DNA from: Trichosphaerium sp. ATCC 40318
Lineage: Eukaryota > Protista > Tubulinea
Assembly (NCBI GenBank): GCA_038496445.1
Contig: JALMLS010000635.1
Span: forward strand, 1 to 64,000
Length of the DNA: 64,000 bases
Direction of reading: 5' to 3'
The notes under the pieces: generated by a model
The model's database searches: none
Seen by the model: the letters and a program-made list of their open reading frames with translations, nothing else
What the model was told of the DNA's origin: nothing
Program-made: the position numbers and the translations under genes
Part shown: piece after piece, positions 61,010-64,000 of the stretch
Position numbering within the stretch: the first letter of the stretch is position 1
Layout of the letters: every line of letters begins with the position of its first letter

Positions 61010-61759
61010 GTTGTATATGCTTTTGGAGTGTTGACCAAGTGTGTACTCCAGACTTGACTGTGACTCGGGTAATTCACAACCGTTCCTTGTTATTTATTTA
61101 GTGAGTTGCGTCGTGTCTTGTTTGTCAGTACACAATAGAAAACTTGTAACCTACAATGCTTACTATGTTTTATTTTACTTGTGTATTGCTCTACAATGTC
61201 CAACCACCACATGTCTTTGCAAGGAAAATTCGCCTTCAATATTGATCATACTAAGAAACACCCAGATAACTTTCTATGCAATGAGTATGTCTCTTTGGGG
61301 AGGTGTCAAGCAATGCTTGAGCATTGTTGGTATCAAGTCTTTTAATTGTTTAGTAACTGTATGTTGCCCAAATTATATAATTTCTTTCAGTTGCATACGG
61401 ATCACCGTGGTGCAGTATCCAAAGTGATAGTTCATACAAGAACTACGCATGCTCCATCCTACTCACAACCGGTGAATGTAGGCCGGGACTGTCCTATTCC
61501 AGCACTGTTCATTAACCCTGAACACTGAGGGCACCCCATTGCACCCAGGGTGCTGTCCCAAACCGACAAGTTTGCCTGTTTGCTAGTACAGATAAAGTAC
61601 CAACGAAAAAGACAAACCAAATGTGAATGTATTTTTAGAATATAACAGATGATTCAAGCGTTTATTAGCATGTAAGTTTAAATGAAAGGTGCATGACAAA
61701 TAATTAAGTTTTTGCGATTTATTTTCACAAGTTGAACTACTATTGAACTGGCTGTAACT

Positions 61760-62540
61760 TTAATAAGAAAGGAGATCATTTACCACCAACATTAATAGTA
61801 TTGATAGCTGGATACACATACCTTCAAAAAAACCAATTAACCACTAAATTGTGACAAAAAAAGAAGCAACAAAAAAAAACACGTGGTACGGCTTACCTGA
61901 CTCTATTTTATAAGTCATATGTGATGCGCTGAGAGTAGAACTATCGAAATTGCCCTTAGCATTGCATTGGAACATTGTTGTATTTGGTGGACGCCATGCA
62001 ATCTGAAAGCGAAAAAAATAAGAAAACTATTCGAAAAAAAAAAAAGTCATGATGTTATTGATTGGCGTACTCTACTTATTCCACCTCCTTTACCAGGTGG
62101 AAAATAATTAACAGAACTGTGATTAAAAGTTAGTTTACAAATATAACAGCCACCACATGAAACAGTATAGTTCAATTGTTGTCCAAGCCTCTGTTTTTTA
62201 GCTGAAAAAGGTCCAATTTTCATGATACGTGAACCTAGAGATAAACAACTATTTGAGTATTTAATTCATCTATACAAGTATATTGTACCGTGCATATCAT
62301 TAATAGAAGGCCTTAATGAAGGAGTATGGTGCTATATAAAGTTAGATTGAACACAAGTAAAAAGAATGCAGTTTGTTCATTAAACATGTAAACAATTTTA
62401 AATAATGTATGTACAGTAATGTGGTCCATCCTTGAGATTGATATGTTGACATATCCATGGTTAAAAGATGGATTGAATGATCCTTTTATTTGTTCTGATC
62501 CAGCAAAGTGTATCTTCCCTGATGTATGTTTTGCTAGGTA
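61760..62540 (-). other. Spliceable exons of an unidentified protein ending in a hydrophobic (GPI-signal-like) tail
   Basis: Short GT-AG introns separate GSRIMKIGPF, IAWRPPNTTMFQCNAKGNF and CIQLSILLMLVVNDLLSY*; the link to upstream exons is unclear. Confidence 0.3.
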
Positions 62541-62568
62541 AAAGAAATAAGCCGGCTTGTATGTACGT

Positions 62569-64000
62569 TTATAAAAATAAAAAATACTCCAAAGGATAAG
62601 GATGAAACATACGCTTATGAGCAGTAATACACTCCAACTTAGGATGCCTGTTTACATAGAGATGTATTACAAGCGCTCCAACATTAATACCACAATCAAT
62701 AATATTCAGAGAAAGTAGTTCAGGAGATAATGTTAGAATCTCTGCAACAAGTTCGTCTGATATTACAGTGGCACGTAAATCAAGTGTAGTTATTGAATCG
62801 AGTATAGGCGAAATCAATGGAGGCTTGATGGCTAGTGATGAGCTAACAATACCAAAAAAATCCCGCTTGGTTTCTAATAATCACGTGATTAGCAACCAAT
62901 TCAAAGTGCGAAAAAAAAGAAGTAATTGATTACTTCTTAATACTTACTTGTAGCTGCAGCAGCTTCGAGGACTTCATCGTTTAGAGATTCAAACCCACCA
63001 AATGAAAGTGATGTTATGTTTTCTATTCAAAAAATTAATGAGTAAGAAGCTTATGGTATTAGTTTGTTCAAAGCGGAGATTTGATTTGGGTTTTTTTTTT
63101 ACCTTTTGACGCCAAGGACTTTAGGTGACTGGCATCAATATCACCGCAATCGCTTAAAATTATACTTGTTAAACCTTCATGCGCACATAGCACCTGTAAA
63201 GTGTATTAGTAATGATCTAAAACAAAAAGTACACGTGCATCTACTACTGTATCACTTAGTTCAATACCAGTGCACTTGAACGACTTCACTTGAGGATTTC
63301 CTGGTATATATTTCTCTATTGACTTTGATGTGACGTTCTCACCTTCAAATTCCACCTATATAAGATCAACACGTGCGGTTATTACAACAACAACTTACAG
63401 CTTTGAAAATATTACCAAAATCGATGGCGTTCAAGATAGTCTCATCTTTGACATATGTTTTATCGATAACGAGGGTACTGTATTGGTTTTCTGTTAGTTT
63501 AGTACTTATTGCTTCCAACAGAGGTTTCTTAAATCCAGGATGTAGAGAACAAACAACAAGAAGAATTTGCCAAGTTCTGCTACATGCTGCTACGTCATAC
63601 GCATTTCTATGACTAAGACATTACTGTTAATACAATATCTCTTGTATGATTATCGTACTCTTCACGTTTACTAAAAGGCTTGAATAGCAGTTTCCAGTCA
63701 AATCTATTCAGAGCATCAATGTCCAACTCAGTAGCGATCTGTGGAGGAAGAAAAATTGTTAGTTTTACGTTTGTTCTGAATTCTTGCTTCTGTCTGTTCG
63801 TTCACACGTACCTTAAGTTCTTCTGCGGCCTTTTCTGCGAGTGGAGGTACTAATGCTTCGGTATATAATGATACAGCAGCACAAATCAATGCTGTTGCAT
63901 AACTCACGTGTACTAAAGATTAAAACAAAATTAACACGTGTGGTATTTACTACAAGTGTCATCACACCTTTAGGATCTTTTGGTTCAATTTCAATGGCAC
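62569..64000 (-). CDS. Multi-exon F-box/LRR-like gene, possibly frameshifted; continues beyond the window
   Basis: F-box-like RDIVLTVM/LSHRNAYDVAACSRTW with a frame break near 63620; LRRs LTSIILSDCGDID and ITTLDLRATVISDELVAEILTLSPELLSLNIIDC. Confidence 0.5.

Noticed and set aside
1-64000. Alternative genetic code, CRISPR array, tRNA or rRNA genes
   Set aside because: Conserved genes (BUD23, NIT1, Ras) translate cleanly with the standard code once introns are removed. I found no repeat-spacer array, tRNA boxes or rRNA motifs.

Overview
AT-rich (roughly 35% GC by eye), gene-dense eukaryotic nuclear DNA with the standard genetic code and many short GT-AG introns of about 30-65 nt. The gene content (class C GPCR, HRDLAARN receptor tyrosine kinase, Ras/Rab expansions, MORN and F-box/LRR genes) suggests an amoebozoan-type protist; this is an inference. 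Recognisable genes: BUD23, NIT1, a PPR protein, an ependymin-related protein, a receptor tyrosine kinase, a GABA-B-like GPCR, two tandem multi-TM receptors, a LamG membrane protein, two inverted copies of a secreted glycoside-hydrolase-like gene, two Ras genes, a Rab1-like gene with a pseudogene twin, intronless F-box/LRR and MORN genes, and a locally expanded family of unknown proteins. The window has several recent direct and inverted segmental duplications, pseudogene fragments, a 1.2 kb TIR element with a TA target-site duplication (empty site visible in a paralogous copy) and MITE-like foldbacks. Most notable signals: (1) a second class of long introns (about 190-300 nt, four exactly 207 nt) with no evident shared sequence that all contain nested complementary stems; (2) an N-myristoylated, non-prenylated Rab1-like GTPase; (3) Ras genes with natural Q61 (and in one case G12) substitutions; (4) an intergenic H-type pseudoknot plus long hairpin; (5) strong enrichment of CACGTG. 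All exon structures were assembled by eye, so boundaries are approximate where stated.
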